Shown one piece after another: positions 1-11,795 of a stretch of DNA of 64,000 nt. The notes beneath the pieces were generated by a model. It did no database searches, was not told where the DNA came from, and was given only the letters and a program-made list of their open reading frames with translations. The stretch is from Escherichia coli (GTDB lineage Bacteria; Pseudomonadota; Gammaproteobacteria; Enterobacterales; Enterobacteriaceae): the NCBI RefSeq assembly GCF_003334305.1, contig NZ_QOWS01000018.1. One strand, given 5' to 3'. The first letter of the stretch is position 1. Each line of letters begins with the position of its first letter. The position numbers were made by a program, and so were the translations under genes.

Positions 1-102
<102 letters not shown>

Positions 103-126
103 AATGTTGCGTTTGTCATCAGTCTC

Positions 127-160
127 AGCCCGCTTTTCAGCGGGCTTCATTGTTTTTAAT
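127..160 (+). terminator. Rho-independent terminator-like hairpin plus T-run
   Basis: agcccgc-ttttc-agcgggct stem-loop followed by tcattgttttta, immediately downstream of the aspC stop on the opposite strand. Confidence 0.45.
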
Positions 161-162
161 GC

Positions 163-1353
163 TTACAGCACTGCCACAATCGCTTCGCACAGCGGAGCCA
201 TGTTATCTGGTGTCATCCCGGCCACATTTACGCGACCAGAAGCAACCGCATATACGCCAAACTCTTCGCGCAGACGCAGCACTTGTTCTTTTGTCAGGCC
301 ACTGAAGGAGAACATGCCGTTCTGTTTGATGATAAAGCTGAAGTCGCGGTTTGCGCCTTTTTCCTGCAGCGTATTGACGAACAACTGACGCATACGCTGA
401 ATACGCTGGCGCATATCAGTCAGCTCTTGTTCCCAAATCGCACGTAACGCATCGTTGCTCAGGATGGTGGCAACAACAGAAGCGCCGTGTGCTGGTGGGT
501 TAGAGTAGTTAGCGCGAATCGCCGCTTTCATTTGGCTGAATGCGCGATCAACGGTTTCACTGTCGGCAGCAACCAGAGTACAAGCGCCAACACGCTCGTT
601 GTACAGGCCAAAGTTTTTAGAGTAGGAACTGGCAACAATCAGCTCTTTATGCATAGCCGCGAAAGCGCGCAGTCCTTCAGCATCTTCTTCCAGACCACGG
701 GCAAAACCCTGGTAAGCGAAGTCAAACAGCGGTAACCAGCCTTTCTCAACTGAGAGTTGTGCCAGTGTCTGCCATTGTTCCAGCGTAGGGTCGATACCGG
801 TTGGGTTATGGCAGCAGCCATGGAACAGCACTACGTCGCCAGCCTGAGCTTCATTCAGGCTGTTAATCAGTGCATCGAAGTCAAGAGTGTGATTTTCCGC
901 ATCATAATAAGCGTATTCACGAACTTCCAGACCTGCAGAGTTAAAGACGCTCTTATGGTTCGGCCAGCTTGGGTTGCTCACCCACACTCGCTTAACGCTG
1001 GTATTTTTTGCCAGGAAATCGGCAGCTACGCGTAGTGCGCCAGTGCCCCCCGGAGTCTGTGCCGTGCGAGCACGTTTGTCATTGATCAGGGCGCTACCTT
1101 TACCAAACAGCAGTTCCTGAGTGCAGCGACCAAATTCAGGGATGCCGTCAATGCCGAGGTAATTTTTGGTGGTTTCATTTTCGAGCAGATACTGTTCAGC
1201 CTTTTTCACGCTGGTCAGTACCGGGGTTTTGCCCGTCTCATCTTTATAGACACCAATCCCGAGGTTAATTTTGCCGGGACGTTCATCGGCACGAAACAGA
1301 TCGGCCAGGCCCAGAATCGGGTCGGCAGGAGCGGCGGTAATGTTCTCAAACAT
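163..1353 (-). CDS. aspC: Aspartate aminotransferase
   Basis: 396-aa ORF beginning [20 protein letters not shown]; contains the PLP-lysine region [14 protein letters not shown]. Confidence 0.97.
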   Translation of the reverse strand: MFENITAAPADPILGLADLFRADERPGKINLGIGVYKDETGKTPVLTSVKKAEQYLLENETTKNYLGIDGIPEFGRCTQELLFGKGSALINDKRARTAQTPGGTGALRVAADFLAKNTSVKRVWVSNPSWPNHKSVFNSAGLEVREYAYYDAENHTLDFDALINSLNEAQAGDVVLFHGCCHNPTGIDPTLEQWQTLAQLSVEKGWLPLFDFAYQGFARGLEEDAEGLRAFAAMHKELIVASSYSKNFGLYNERVGACTLVAADSETVDRAFSQMKAAIRANYSNPPAHGASVVATILSNDALRAIWEQELTDMRQRIQRMRQLFVNTLQEKGANRDFSFIIKQNGMFSFSGLTKEQVLRLREEFGVYAVASGRVNVAGMTPDNMAPLCEAIVAVL

Positions 1354-1482
1354 GACGAGGTTCCATTATGGTTACAGAAGGGAAGTCCGCTATCAGGGTA
1401 ACGGGAGATTTACAAAATTCCAACTATTACTGATGAAAACGCAGGCTGTTTTTGCAAGACGTGAGATTGCTCTGGAAGGTAT

Positions 1483-1513
1483 AAAAAAAACAGGACCAAA
1501 GTCCTGTTTTTTC
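1483..1513 (-). terminator. ompF intrinsic terminator
   Basis: A-run, perfect stem acaggac/gtcctgt with loop caaa, then T-run; 25 bp downstream of the ompF stop. Confidence 0.75.
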
Positions 1514-1537
1514 GGCATTTAACAAAGAGGTGTGCTA

Positions 1538-2626
1538 TTAGAACTGGTAAACGATACCCACAGCAACGGTGTCGTCTGAACCTACGCCCAGTTTGTTGTC
1601 AGAATCGATCTGGTTGATGATGTAGTCAACATAGGTGGACATGTTTTTGTTGAAGTAGTAGGTTGCGCCCACTTCAAAGTAGTTCACCAGATCAACATCA
1701 CCGATACCTTCTACGTCTTTCGCTTTAGATTTGGTGTAAGCGATGGACGGACGCAGACCGAAATCGAACTGGTATTGCGCAACTAACAGAACGTCTTGCG
1801 TTTTGTTGGCGAAGCCGCTGGTGTTTGTAAATTTATTAGTGATCGGCGTAGCGTTACGGGTTTCACCGTAGTTCGCTGCCAGGTAGATGTTGTTCGCGTC
1901 GTACTTCAGACCAGTAGCCCACTGTTCAGCTTTTTTACCGTTGCCAAGAGGTTGAGCTTCTTGCAGGTTGGTACGGTCAGCTGCACCATAAGCACCAACG
2001 ATACCAAAGCCTTCGTATTCGTAGCTGATAGAACCGCCAACACCGTCGCCGTTAGAACGGCGTGCAGTGTCACGCTCGTTTTTACCCAGGTACTGAACAG
2101 CGAAGTTCAGGCCATCAACCAGACCAAAGAAGTTGGAGTTACGATAGGTAGCAACGCCGCCAACACGACCAACGAAGAAGTCATCGCTGTATGCAGTATC
2201 ACCACCAAATTCTGGCAGCATATCGGTGTAACCCAGTGCATCATAAACCACACCGTAGTTACGGCCGTAATCGAAAGAACCAACGTCAGCGTATTTAAGA
2301 CCCGCGAATGCCAGACGCGTTTTGTTACCAGTTTGAGCGTCAGCGCCTTCAGAGTTGTTACCCTGGAAGTTATATTCCCACTGACCATAACCGGTCAGAT
2401 CGGAATTGATTTGAGTTTCCCCTTTAAAACCAAGACGGGCATAGGTCATGTCGCCATTGCCACCGTAACTGTTTTCACCGTTACCCTTGGAAAAATAATG
2501 CAGACCAACAGCTTTACCGTACAGATCTACTTTGTTGCCATCTTTGTTATAGATTTCTGCAGCGTTTGCAGTACCTGCTACTAACAGAGCAGGGACGATC
2601 ACTGCCAGAATATTGCGCTTCATCAT
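1538..2626 (-). CDS. ompF: Outer membrane porin F
   Basis: 362-aa [25 protein letters not shown] with signal peptide, ending in the porin C-terminal VGIVYQF. Confidence 0.97.
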
Positions 2627-2739
2627 TATTTATTACCCTCATGGTTTTTTTTATGACACCTGCCACTGCCTTCAATAAGTTCTGTCAATAAAAATTTACG
2701 GAACTATTGATGAGAGTTTGGTGTCTTTATGTGTCTGCA

Positions 2740-2840
2740 GGCATCTTTCCATTCAAACTAACGTTTCGCTACCGTGAAAGTGCTACAAAGATAAAGATTT
2801 AGTTTCAAAAAGAAAAAATATGTAACCAAAAGTAAAAATT
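2740..2840 (-). promoter_or_regulatory. ompF promoter with proximal OmpR-binding sites (F1-F3)
   Basis: Reverse complement reads TTTACTTTTGGTTACATATTTTTTCTTTTTGAAAC...TTTATCTTTGTAGCACTTTCACGG, matching the ompF upstream OmpR region as I recall it; exact site boundaries are approximate. Confidence 0.6.
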
Positions 2841-3184
2841 AAGGAACTTTGTGAACACCGTCATATTTCCATAGAAACGTGATGATATTTACAGCAATTT
2901 TTATCTATTTATATGATTTACTTATATTTAAATTAACTAAACGGAAATTTTGTTTCTGATGGAAACTTTATCGACCTGGCACAAAATCCTCTTTCAGACA
3001 TCCAGAATGCCAAAAAATAGTATGAAAATTGTGCTATCAGCTAAGAAAAAACTAATCCGCAATAAGAATGCGGGTTATTTTTTGTGCGTAAATGTTGCAA
3101 TGTAATATTCCGTAACAGGATGATCGTTATGGCGGGGTTGCAAATAGATTGCTTGACTTAACAAACAGATAACTTGACAGAAAG

Positions 3185-3215
3185 GATAAAAAAGAGCCAG
3201 CAGGCGCTGGCTCTT
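3185..3215 (-). terminator. asnS intrinsic terminator
   Basis: Stem agagccag/ctggctct followed on the minus strand by a U-run (plus-strand aaaaaa at 3187-3192). Confidence 0.6.
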
Positions 3216-3227
3216 TGAGGAAGAAAA

Positions 3228-4628
3228 TCAGAAGCTGGCGTTGCGCGGAGTACGTGGGAACGGAATCACATCACGCACGTTTTGCACGCCAGTTACGTAA
3301 GCAATCAGGCGTTCAAAACCAAGACCGAAACCTGAATGCGGAACAGTACCGTAGCGACGCAGATCGCGATACCACCAGTAATCTTCTTTATTCAGGCCCA
3401 TTTCCAGCATACGCTCGTCCAGAACGTCCAGACGTTCTTCACGCTGGGAGCCACCAATGATCTCACCGATGCCCGGAGCCAGAACGTCCATAGCCGCAAC
3501 GGTTTTACCGTCTTCGTTGAGGCGCATATAGAACGCTTTAATATCTTTCGGATAGTTTTTAACCACTACCGGTGCTTTAAAGTGTTCTTCCGCCAGATAA
3601 CGCTCATGCTCAGAAGAGAGATCGACGCCCCAGTAAACCGGGTTTTCAAACTTCCTGCCGCAGTTTTCGAGAATGGTCACTGCGTCGGTGTAATCCACCT
3701 GCGCGAAATCGGCCTCAATGAAGCGTTCCAGACGTGAAACGGCATCTTTATCTACGCGTTCAGCGAAGAATTTCATGTCGTCTGCGCGTTCTTCGAGAAC
3801 CGCTTTGAAGACATATTTCAGCATGGCTTCAGCCAGACCCGCGATATCGTTCAGGTTAGCAAACGCCACTTCCGGCTCCAGCATCCAGAATTCCGCCAGG
3901 TGACGGCTGGTGTTGGAGTTTTCAGCACGGAAAGTCGGGCCGAAGGTATAAATTTTGGATAATGCGCAAGCGTAGGTTTCGCCGTTCAACTGGCCAGATA
4001 CGGTCAGGAAAGACTCTTTACCAAAGAAGTCTTTGTCGAAATCCACTTTGCCCTGATCGTTACGCGGCAGGTTTTCCAGATCCAGCGTAGAAACGCGGAA
4101 CATTTCGCCTGCACCTTCGGTATCAGATGCGGTAATCAGTGGCGTTGAAACCCAGAAGAATCCCTGCTCGTTAAAGAAGCGATGCAGCGCCTGCGCCAGC
4201 GTATGGCGAACGCGCGCGACGGCACCAATCAGGTTTGTGCGCGGACGCAGGTGAGCGACTTCACGCAGATACTCAATGCTGTGGCGTTTTGCCGCCATCG
4301 GGTAAGTGTCTGGATCTTCAACCCAACCAGCAACTTCAACTTTGCTGGCCTGAATTTCAAATTGTTGCCCCTGGCCCGGCGACGCCACGACTTTACCCGT
4401 CACAATGACCGAGCAGCCGGTGGTCAGACGCAGGACGTCTTCATTGTAATTGGGCAGAGAATTATTGATGACAGCCTGTACAGGATCAAAGCAGGAACCG
4501 TCATAAACGGCGAGGAAGGAGATGCCAGCTTTTGAATCTCGGCGGGTACGTACCCATCCGCGTACGGTGACTTCGCTGTCAACGGCTACGCGGCCCTGGA
4601 GTACGTCGGCTACAGGCACAACGCTCAT
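3228..4628 (-). CDS. asnS: Asparaginyl-tRNA synthetase
   Basis: Track ORF 3228..4673 trimmed to the internal ATG giving [13 protein letters not shown] (466 aa); class II aaRS motifs such as FRAE and GFGLGFERL are present. Confidence 0.95.
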
Positions 4629-4763
4629 AATATTCTCTCTGTTAATAGTCGGAAAAAATAAACACTTGTCCACCCGTAAATGGGGGGATACCTATGTTAC
4701 CTGGCATCTGCAATCAGACAAGCAGAATTCGCAAATGCAGCGAAAGATTTCGGAATTAAAGGT

Positions 4764-4788
4764 AAAAAAAGGGAGCCGATTAGCTCCC
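4764..4788 (-). terminator. pncB intrinsic terminator
   Basis: Stem gggagc/gctccc with a 7-nt A-run on the plus strand (U-run on the minus strand), 9 bp downstream of the pncB stop. Confidence 0.65.
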
Positions 4789-4796
4789 TGATGATA

Positions 4797-5999
4797 TTAA
4801 CTGGCTTTTTTAATATGCGGAAGGTCGAACGCTTTGCGCAGCGCCCGAACAAACGCTTTATCGTGGCAGATAGTTTTGCCAGGGCTGTCAGAAAGTTTCG
4901 CCACCGGTTTACCGTTACACTCAACCAACTTAATCACAATATTCAGGGGTTTTACCTGGGGGATATCGCAGGTCAGGCGAGTCCCAATACCAAAACTTAA
5001 TTGCACGCGGGAAGAGAAGTGGCGGTATAGCTCAACCGCTTTGCGTAAATCCAGATTGTCAGAGAAAACCAGAGTTTTACTCTGTGGATCAATTCCCAGC
5101 TTTTCATAATGTGCAATGGCTTTTTCACCCCATTCAACCGGGTCGCCAGAGTCATGACGCAGGCCCTGATAGCGACTGGCGAACTCGACACCGAAATCAC
5201 GCAGGAAAGCATCCATAGTGATGCAGTCGGTTAATGCAATGCCAAGTTGGTCGGGATATTCTTCCAGCCAGGCAGCAAGTGCAGCTCGCTGGCTGTTGGC
5301 TAGATCCGGGCTGATTTGCTGATGTGCCTGGAACCATTCGTGTGCCTGTGTTCCCATCGGCGTGAGGGAAAGCCGACGCGCCAGATCGTAGTTGCTGGTG
5401 CCCACGAACCAGGATTCCTGTTGCAGACGCTTAACGATGGTTTCTTGTACTTCGCGAGAAAAACGGCGACGGGTGCCAAAATCCATAAGATGGAAGCGCG
5501 ACATATCAAGGCCGGCGGTTAACGCCGAGAAGTCGACTAATTTGCTTTCCAGCGTGTCGAGGGCTTGCGCAACGTCGGCCTGCGGTGAGCGATAGCGATG
5601 TACCATTTCACTGATAACCGCCAGCAAAGGAACTTCCCAGAGGATGACTTCACGCCACGGGCCGCTTAAACGAATATCCAGCTTGCCATTATCGTTGGAT
5701 ACGGTGACTTGTTCCGGGTTAAAGCGGAACTCGCGTAACCAGTTAAGATAGTCGGCCTTAAAGAAAGGCAGAGCAGAGAGCCACTGATATTCATCATCCT
5801 GCAGGCGCAGGTGCTGCATCGCCTGAATCTGTTCACGAATAGCATCGGCATAAATACCCAGCAGATCGTCACCTCGGCAACGAAACTCCGCCGCGACATG
5901 CACATCGTAATAGTGATGAAACACGGCTTGCTGCATATGCAACTTATAAGCATCTGTATCCAGCAACGAGTGCAGAACAGGAGAAGCGAATTGTGTCAT
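4797..5999 (-). CDS. pncB: Nicotinate phosphoribosyltransferase
   Basis: Track ORF trimmed to [24 protein letters not shown] (400 aa). Confidence 0.95.
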
Positions 6000-6264
6000 A
6001 GGTGCGCAGTAGCGTCCTCGTACAGGAGCGTTTAGTACAATAAACATCTTCAGGAACTGCTGGAGTATACCTTGTTTCGCAATTTATTGAACCCCGATCA
6101 CACCATATGCCACCTTTCTGGTCGATGGCATTACGCGGTGTATGTTATAAAAATGTAGCAATAAAGGCGTTTGTACCTGAAAAGATGAAGATTCTGCATA
6201 GCGCGATTTACGCAACAGGAATAGACTGAACACCAGACTCTATAAAAGATGCTAAAGGTTATTT

Positions 6265-8877
6265 ATGACTCAACAGCCACAAGCCAAATACCGTCACGAT
6301 TATCGTGCGCCGGATTACCAGATTACTGATATTGACTTGACCTTTGACCTCGACGCGCAAAAGACGGTCGTTACCGCGGTCAGCCAGGCTGTCCGTCATG
6401 GTGCATCAGATGCTCCGCTTCGTCTCAACGGCGAAGACCTCAAACTGGTTTCTGTTCATATTAATGATGAGCCGTGGACCGCCTGGAAAGAAGAAGAGGG
6501 CGCACTGGTCATCAGTAATTTGCCGGAGCGTTTTACGCTTAAGATCATTAATGAAATAAGCCCGGCGGCGAATACGGCGCTGGAAGGGCTTTATCAGTCA
6601 GGCGATGCGCTTTGCACCCAGTGTGAAGCCGAAGGTTTCCGCCATATTACGTATTATCTCGACCGCCCGGACGTGCTGGCGCGTTTTACCACCAAAATTA
6701 TTGCCGATAAAATCAAATATCCCTTCCTGCTTTCCAATGGTAACCGCGTTGCGCAAGGCGAACTCGAAAACGGACGCCATTGGGTACAGTGGCAGGACCC
6801 GTTCCCGAAACCGTGCTACCTGTTTGCGCTGGTGGCAGGCGACTTTGATGTACTGCGCGATACCTTTACCACGCGTTCTGGTCGCGAAGTAGCACTGGAG
6901 CTGTACGTCGATCGCGGCAACCTTGATCGCGCGCCGTGGGCGATGACCTCGCTGAAAAACTCCATGAAATGGGATGAAGAACGCTTTGGCCTGGAGTATG
7001 ACCTCGACATCTATATGATCGTCGCGGTGGATTTCTTCAATATGGGCGCAATGGAGAATAAGGGGCTGAATATCTTTAACTCCAAATATGTGTTGGCCCG
7101 CACCGACACCGCCACCGACAAAGATTATCTCGATATTGAACGCGTTATCGGCCATGAATATTTCCATAACTGGACCGGTAACCGAGTGACCTGCCGCGAC
7201 TGGTTCCAGCTCAGCCTGAAAGAAGGTTTAACCGTCTTCCGCGATCAGGAATTCAGCTCTGACCTTGGTTCCCGCGCGGTAAACCGTATCAATAATGTGC
7301 GCACCATGCGCGGATTGCAGTTTGCGGAAGACGCCAGCCCGATGGCGCACCCGATCCGCCCGGATATGGTCATTGAGATGAACAACTTCTACACCCTGAC
7401 CGTTTACGAGAAGGGCGCGGAAGTGATTCGCATGATCCACACCCTGCTGGGCGAAGAAAACTTCCAGAAAGGGATGCAACTCTATTTCGAGCGCCATGAT
7501 GGCAGCGCGGCAACCTGCGACGACTTTGTGCAGGCGATGGAAGATGCGTCGAATGTCGATCTCTCCCATTTCCGCCGTTGGTACAGCCAGTCCGGCACGC
7601 CGATTGTGACCGTCAAAGACGACTACAATCCGGAAACCGAGCAGTACACCCTGACCATCAGCCAGCGCACGCCAGCCACGCCGGATCAGGCAGAAAAACA
7701 GCCGCTGCATATTCCATTTGCCATCGAATTGTATGACAACGAAGGCAAAGTGATCCCGTTGCAGAAAGGCGGTCATCCGGTGAATTCCGTGCTGAACGTC
7801 ACCCAGGCGGAACAGACCTTTGTTTTTGATAATGTCTACTTCCAGCCGGTGCCTGCGCTGCTGTGCGAATTCTCTGCGCCAGTGAAACTGGAATATAAGT
7901 GGAGCGATCAGCAACTGACCTTCCTGATGCGTCATGCGCGTAATGATTTCTCCCGTTGGGATGCGGCGCAAAGTTTGCTGGCAACCTACATCAAGCTGAA
8001 CGTCGCCCGTCATCAGCAAGGGCAGCCGCTGTCTCTGCCGGTACATGTGGCTGACGCTTTCCGCGCGGTGCTGCTCGATGAGAAGATTGATCCGGCGCTG
8101 GCGGCAGAAATCCTGACGCTGCCTTCTGTCAATGAAATGGCTGAACTGTTCGATATCATCGACCCGATTGCTATTGCCGAAGTACGCGAAGCACTCACTC
8201 GTACTCTGGCGACTGAACTGGCGGATGAGCTGCTGGCTATTTACAACGCGAATTACCAGAGCGAGTACCGTGTTGAGCATGAAGATATTGCAAAACGCAC
8301 TCTGCGTAATGCCTGCCTGCGCTTCCTTGCTTTTGGTGAAACGCATCTGGCTGACGTGCTGGTGAGCAAGCAATACCATGAAGCAAACAATATGACCGAT
8401 GCGCTGGCAGCGCTTTCTGCGGCGGTTGCTGCACAGCTGCCTTGCCGTGACGCGCTGATGCAGGAGTACGACGATAAGTGGCATCAGGACGGTCTGGTGA
8501 TGGATAAATGGTTTATCCTGCAAGCCACCAGCCCGGCGGCGAATGTGCTGGAGACGGTGCGTGGTCTGTTGCAGCATCGCTCATTTACCATGAGCAACCC
8601 GAACCGTATTCGTTCGTTGATTGGTGCGTTTGCGGGCAGCAACCCGGCAGCGTTCCATGCCGAAGATGGCAGCGGTTACCAGTTCCTGGTGGAAATGCTT
8701 ACCGACCTCAACAGCCGTAACCCGCAGGTAGCTTCACGTCTGATTGAACCGCTGATTCGCCTGAAACGTTATGATGCCAAACGTCAGGAGAAAATGCGCG
8801 CGGCGCTGGAACAGTTGAAAGGGCTGGAAAATCTCTCTGGCGATCTGTACGAGAAGATCACCAAAGCACTGGCTTGA
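6265..8877 (+). CDS. pepN: Aminopeptidase N (M1 family)
   Basis: 870-aa ORF with the zinc-binding HEYFHNW (HExxH) motif and the GAMEN motif. Confidence 0.97.
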   Translation: MTQQPQAKYRHDYRAPDYQITDIDLTFDLDAQKTVVTAVSQAVRHGASDAPLRLNGEDLKLVSVHINDEPWTAWKEEEGALVISNLPERFTLKIINEISPAANTALEGLYQSGDALCTQCEAEGFRHITYYLDRPDVLARFTTKIIADKIKYPFLLSNGNRVAQGELENGRHWVQWQDPFPKPCYLFALVAGDFDVLRDTFTTRSGREVALELYVDRGNLDRAPWAMTSLKNSMKWDEERFGLEYDLDIYMIVAVDFFNMGAMENKGLNIFNSKYVLARTDTATDKDYLDIERVIGHEYFHNWTGNRVTCRDWFQLSLKEGLTVFRDQEFSSDLGSRAVNRINNVRTMRGLQFAEDASPMAHPIRPDMVIEMNNFYTLTVYEKGAEVIRMIHTLLGEENFQKGMQLYFERHDGSAATCDDFVQAMEDASNVDLSHFRRWYSQSGTPIVTVKDDYNPETEQYTLTISQRTPATPDQAEKQPLHIPFAIELYDNEGKVIPLQKGGHPVNSVLNVTQAEQTFVFDNVYFQPVPALLCEFSAPVKLEYKWSDQQLTFLMRHARNDFSRWDAAQSLLATYIKLNVARHQQGQPLSLPVHVADAFRAVLLDEKIDPALAAEILTLPSVNEMAELFDIIDPIAIAEVREALTRTLATELADELLAIYNANYQSEYRVEHEDIAKRTLRNACLRFLAFGETHLADVLVSKQYHEANNMTDALAALSAAVAAQLPCRDALMQEYDDKWHQDGLVMDKWFILQATSPAANVLETVRGLLQHRSFTMSNPNRIRSLIGAFAGSNPAAFHAEDGSGYQFLVEMLTDLNSRNPQVASRLIEPLIRLKRYDAKRQEKMRAALEQLKGLENLSGDLYEKITKALA

Positions 8878-8891
8878 TACTTTTGAGCCAA

Positions 8892-9060
8892 AATGCCTGA
8901 TGCGACGCTTGACGCGTCTTATCAGGCCTACAACTCCGTTGAAATTGCTGGTTTTGTAGGCTGGATAAGGCGTTCACGCCGCATCCGGCAGCCGTGCCCA
9001 ACTGCCTGATGCGATGCTTGACGTGTCTTATCAGGCCTACTAGTCCGTTGAAAATGCTGG
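8892..9060. repeat. Cluster of REP palindromic units (BIME-like)
   Basis: Two near-identical copies of gcctgatgcgaCgcttgacgCgtcttatcaggcctac (8895-8930 and 9004-9040) flanking gtaggctggataaggcgttcacgccgcatccggcagc (8956-8992). Confidence 0.85.
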
Positions 9061-9083
9061 TTTTGTGCGCCACATCCGGCATA

Positions 9084-9851
9084 TTAACCATGACGCCGAA
9101 TCAGTTGTTCAGAATGCCCACGCCGCATTACCCGTTGCAATACTTCCGCTTCCAGCTCCGCTAATCGCACCGACCCTAACCGGCGCGGACGAGGGATATC
9201 CACCGTCAAATCCAGACCAATTTTTCCCTCTTCAATTAACAGCACCCGGTCAGCCATTGCTACCGCTTCGCTCACATCATGCGTCACCAACAGTACGGTA
9301 AAGCCGTGCTGCTGCCAAAGTGACACAATCAAATCCTGCATCTCGAGTCGCGTTAAGGCGTCCAGCGCCCCGAGCGGTTCATCAAGCAACAATAAACCCG
9401 GTCGATGAATCAACGCTCTTGCCAGCGCCACACGCTGTTTCTGCCCGCCAGAAAGTGCGGCAGGCCATTCCCCGGCGCGATTCTCCAGTCCTACTGCAGC
9501 CAACGCCCGACGCGCGGCATCGCGCCACTGGCCTTTAAGGCCTAACCCAACGTTATCAATCACCGATTTCCACGGCAGCAGACGCGCATCCTGAAACATC
9601 ATTCGCGTGTCTTCCTGAATCTCAGCCAGCGGTGTGGTGCCCGCTAACACATCGCCTGCGGTTGGCGTTTCCAGACCTGCCAGCAGGCGCAGCAGGGTAC
9701 TTTTGCCACCACCGCTGCGGCCCACCACCGCCACAAACTGACCTGCCGGAATATGTAAATCCAGTTGGTTCAGGACGATATTTTCCGCGTAATGTTTGCT
9801 TACTGCATTGAGCAACAATGGTGTGCCCTGGTTCAGACGAGCAGTATTCAT
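9084..9851 (-). CDS. ssuB: Aliphatic sulfonate ABC transporter, ATP-binding subunit
   Basis: 255 aa; Walker [13 protein letters not shown] signature LSGGQKQR, Walker B LLLLDEP. Confidence 0.95.
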   Translation of the reverse strand: MNTARLNQGTPLLLNAVSKHYAENIVLNQLDLHIPAGQFVAVVGRSGGGKSTLLRLLAGLETPTAGDVLAGTTPLAEIQEDTRMMFQDARLLPWKSVIDNVGLGLKGQWRDAARRALAAVGLENRAGEWPAALSGGQKQRVALARALIHRPGLLLLDEPLGALDALTRLEMQDLIVSLWQQHGFTVLLVTHDVSEAVAMADRVLLIEEGKIGLDLTVDIPRPRRLGSVRLAELEAEVLQRVMRRGHSEQLIRRHG

Positions 9852-10639
9852 ACCGTGGCCTCCTTCAAATGATAAGCCGGGTTCCAGCGCAACCAGAGGC
9901 GCTCTAACAGCTGCGCGCTGACGTCAGCAAGTTTGCCGAGCAGGGCGTAAAGAATAATAGCGACTACCACCACGTCCGTTTGCAAAAACTCCCGCGCATT
10001 CATCGCCAGATAACCAATGCCTGAATTGGCAGAAATGGTTTCGGCAACAATCAGCGTCAGCCACATCAGGCCCAACGCAAAACGCACGCCGACCATAATT
10101 GAGGGCAGGGCACCAGGCAGGATCACATGGATAAACAGCGGTATGCCGGATAATCCATAGCTACGCGCCATTTCCACCAGACCGCGATCGATATTACGGA
10201 TGCCATGCCAGGTGTTGATATAAATGGGGAATAGCGTGCCGAGCGCCACCAGAAAGATTTTTGCGGATTCATCAATGCCAAACCACAAAATCACCAGCGG
10301 GATCAGCGCCAGATGCGGTACGTTGCGCAACATCTGAATTGAGGTATCCAGCAGCCGTTCTCCCCAGCGAGATAGCCCGCTAATCAGTCCCAAAATCAAC
10401 CCCAGCGATCCGCCAATTGAAAAGCCAATCAGCGCCCGCCAGGAACTGATCGCCAGATGCTGCCACAGTTCGCCGCTGGCGGAGAGCGTCCAGAACGCCG
10501 TCACCACCCCTTCCGGTGAGGGCAAAATACGCGTCGACAGCCAGCCAACTGAGGAGGCCAGTTGCCACACCGCCACGATGCCCACCGGTAAAAACCAGGG
10601 GGCAACGCGCAATAACCACTTCTTCACTGGCGTTGCCAT
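9848..10639 (-). CDS. ssuC: Aliphatic sulfonate ABC transporter permease
   Basis: Track ORF trimmed to [20 protein letters not shown] (263 aa); hydrophobic multi-pass protein; 4-bp overlap with ssuB. Confidence 0.93.
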   Translation of the reverse strand: MATPVKKWLLRVAPWFLPVGIVAVWQLASSVGWLSTRILPSPEGVVTAFWTLSASGELWQHLAISSWRALIGFSIGGSLGLILGLISGLSRWGERLLDTSIQMLRNVPHLALIPLVILWFGIDESAKIFLVALGTLFPIYINTWHGIRNIDRGLVEMARSYGLSGIPLFIHVILPGALPSIMVGVRFALGLMWLTLIVAETISANSGIGYLAMNAREFLQTDVVVVAIILYALLGKLADVSAQLLERLWLRWNPAYHLKEATV

Positions 10640-10649
10640 TATTTCTTCC

Positions 10650-11795
10650 TTAACTTTGCGCGACTTTACGGGGGATAAAATCATTCGCCACCGCTTCGCC
10701 TTGCGGATTCAGCGGCTGCGGCTGGGGAATTTCCGGAATGGCGACATCCAGATGTGGGAACAGCAACTCGCCGACCCGATACGCTTCTTCCAGATGCGGA
10801 TAGCCCGAAAGCACAAAGCTGTCGATGCCAAGCGCGGCGTATTCGTTGATTCGCGCAGCGACCGTAGGACCATCGCCCACCAGCGCCGTTCCGGCACCGC
10901 CGCGCACTAAGCCAACGCCCGCCCATAAATTGGGGCTGATCTCCAGATTGTCGCGCTTGCCGTTATGTAACGCCGCCATTCGCTGTTGTCCTACGGAATC
11001 CGTCCGGGCGAATGCGGCCTGTGCTTTGGCGATAGTTTCATCATCAAGATGCGAGATTAACCGCTCGGCGGCCTGCCACGCTTCGTCGTTAGTTTCACGA
11101 ACAATCACATGCAGACGAATACCGAAACGAATTTTGCGTCCATGCGCGGCAGCTTTCGCCCGCACTTGTTCGATCTTCTCTTTTACTAGTTCTGGCGGTT
11201 CGCCCCAGGTGAGGTAGAGATCAACTTGTTCTGCCGCCAGCTCCTGGGCGACGTCTGACGATCCGCCAAAGTAAAGCGGAGGATAAGGCTGTTGAATCGG
11301 CGGGAAGAGCAGTTTTGCTCCGCGCACATGAATATGTTTACCGTTGAAATTGACGGTTTCCCCCAGCAATAAGCGCCGCCAGACCTGGGTAAATTCCGCC
11401 GAGGCTTCGTAGCGCTCGCTATGATCAAGGAACACGCCGTCGCCTGCCAGCTCTTGTGGATCGCTGCCTGTGACCAGATTAAACAACGCACGACCATTTG
11501 AGAGACGGTCAAGCGTGGCGGCCTGGCGAGCGGCAACGGTAGGTGAGGTTACGCTGGGGCGCAGGGCGACAAGAAACTTCAGCCGCTGCGTCACCGGGAT
11601 CATCGACGCCGCCACCAGCCACGCATCTTCACACGATCGCCCCGTTGGGATCAGCACACCGGTATAGCCCAGACGATCCGCCGCTTGCGCAATTTGTTGC
11701 AGATAACCGTGATCAACCGGGCGTGAACCTTCTTCCGTTCCCAGATAGTGCCCGTCACCGTGGGTCGGTAAAAACCAGAACATATTCAGACTCAT
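10650..11795 (-). CDS. ssuD: FMNH2-dependent alkanesulfonate monooxygenase
   Basis: 381-aa [22 protein letters not shown]; luciferase-like monooxygenase. Confidence 0.95.
   Translation of the reverse strand: MSLNMFWFLPTHGDGHYLGTEEGSRPVDHGYLQQIAQAADRLGYTGVLIPTGRSCEDAWLVAASMIPVTQRLKFLVALRPSVTSPTVAARQAATLDRLSNGRALFNLVTGSDPQELAGDGVFLDHSERYEASAEFTQVWRRLLLGETVNFNGKHIHVRGAKLLFPPIQQPYPPLYFGGSSDVAQELAAEQVDLYLTWGEPPELVKEKIEQVRAKAAAHGRKIRFGIRLHVIVRETNDEAWQAAERLISHLDDETIAKAQAAFARTDSVGQQRMAALHNGKRDNLEISPNLWAGVGLVRGGAGTALVGDGPTVAARINEYAALGIDSFVLSGYPHLEEAYRVGELLFPHLDVAIPEIPQPQPLNPQGEAVANDFIPRKVAQS

Noticed and set aside
1796-2584. 262-aa plus-strand ORF antisense to ompF (begins MRFVGEAAG)
   Set aside because: Lies wholly within ompF on the opposite strand; composition is Thr/Val-rich as expected from reading a porin gene backwards; no independent support.
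6040-6070. Possible NadR operator (TAAACA half-site) in the pncB-pepN intergenic region
   Set aside because: I could find only one half-site by eye (taaaca near 6041-6046) and no convincing partner at the expected spacing; not enough to annotate.
7228-8577. 449-aa ORF on the minus strand inside pepN (a 189-aa ORF at 6598..7167 is similar)
   Set aside because: Entirely antisense to the confidently identified pepN. The translation is low-complexity and Arg/His/Gln-rich with no recognisable domain and no RBS; it is a typical shadow ORF of a GC-rich gene.
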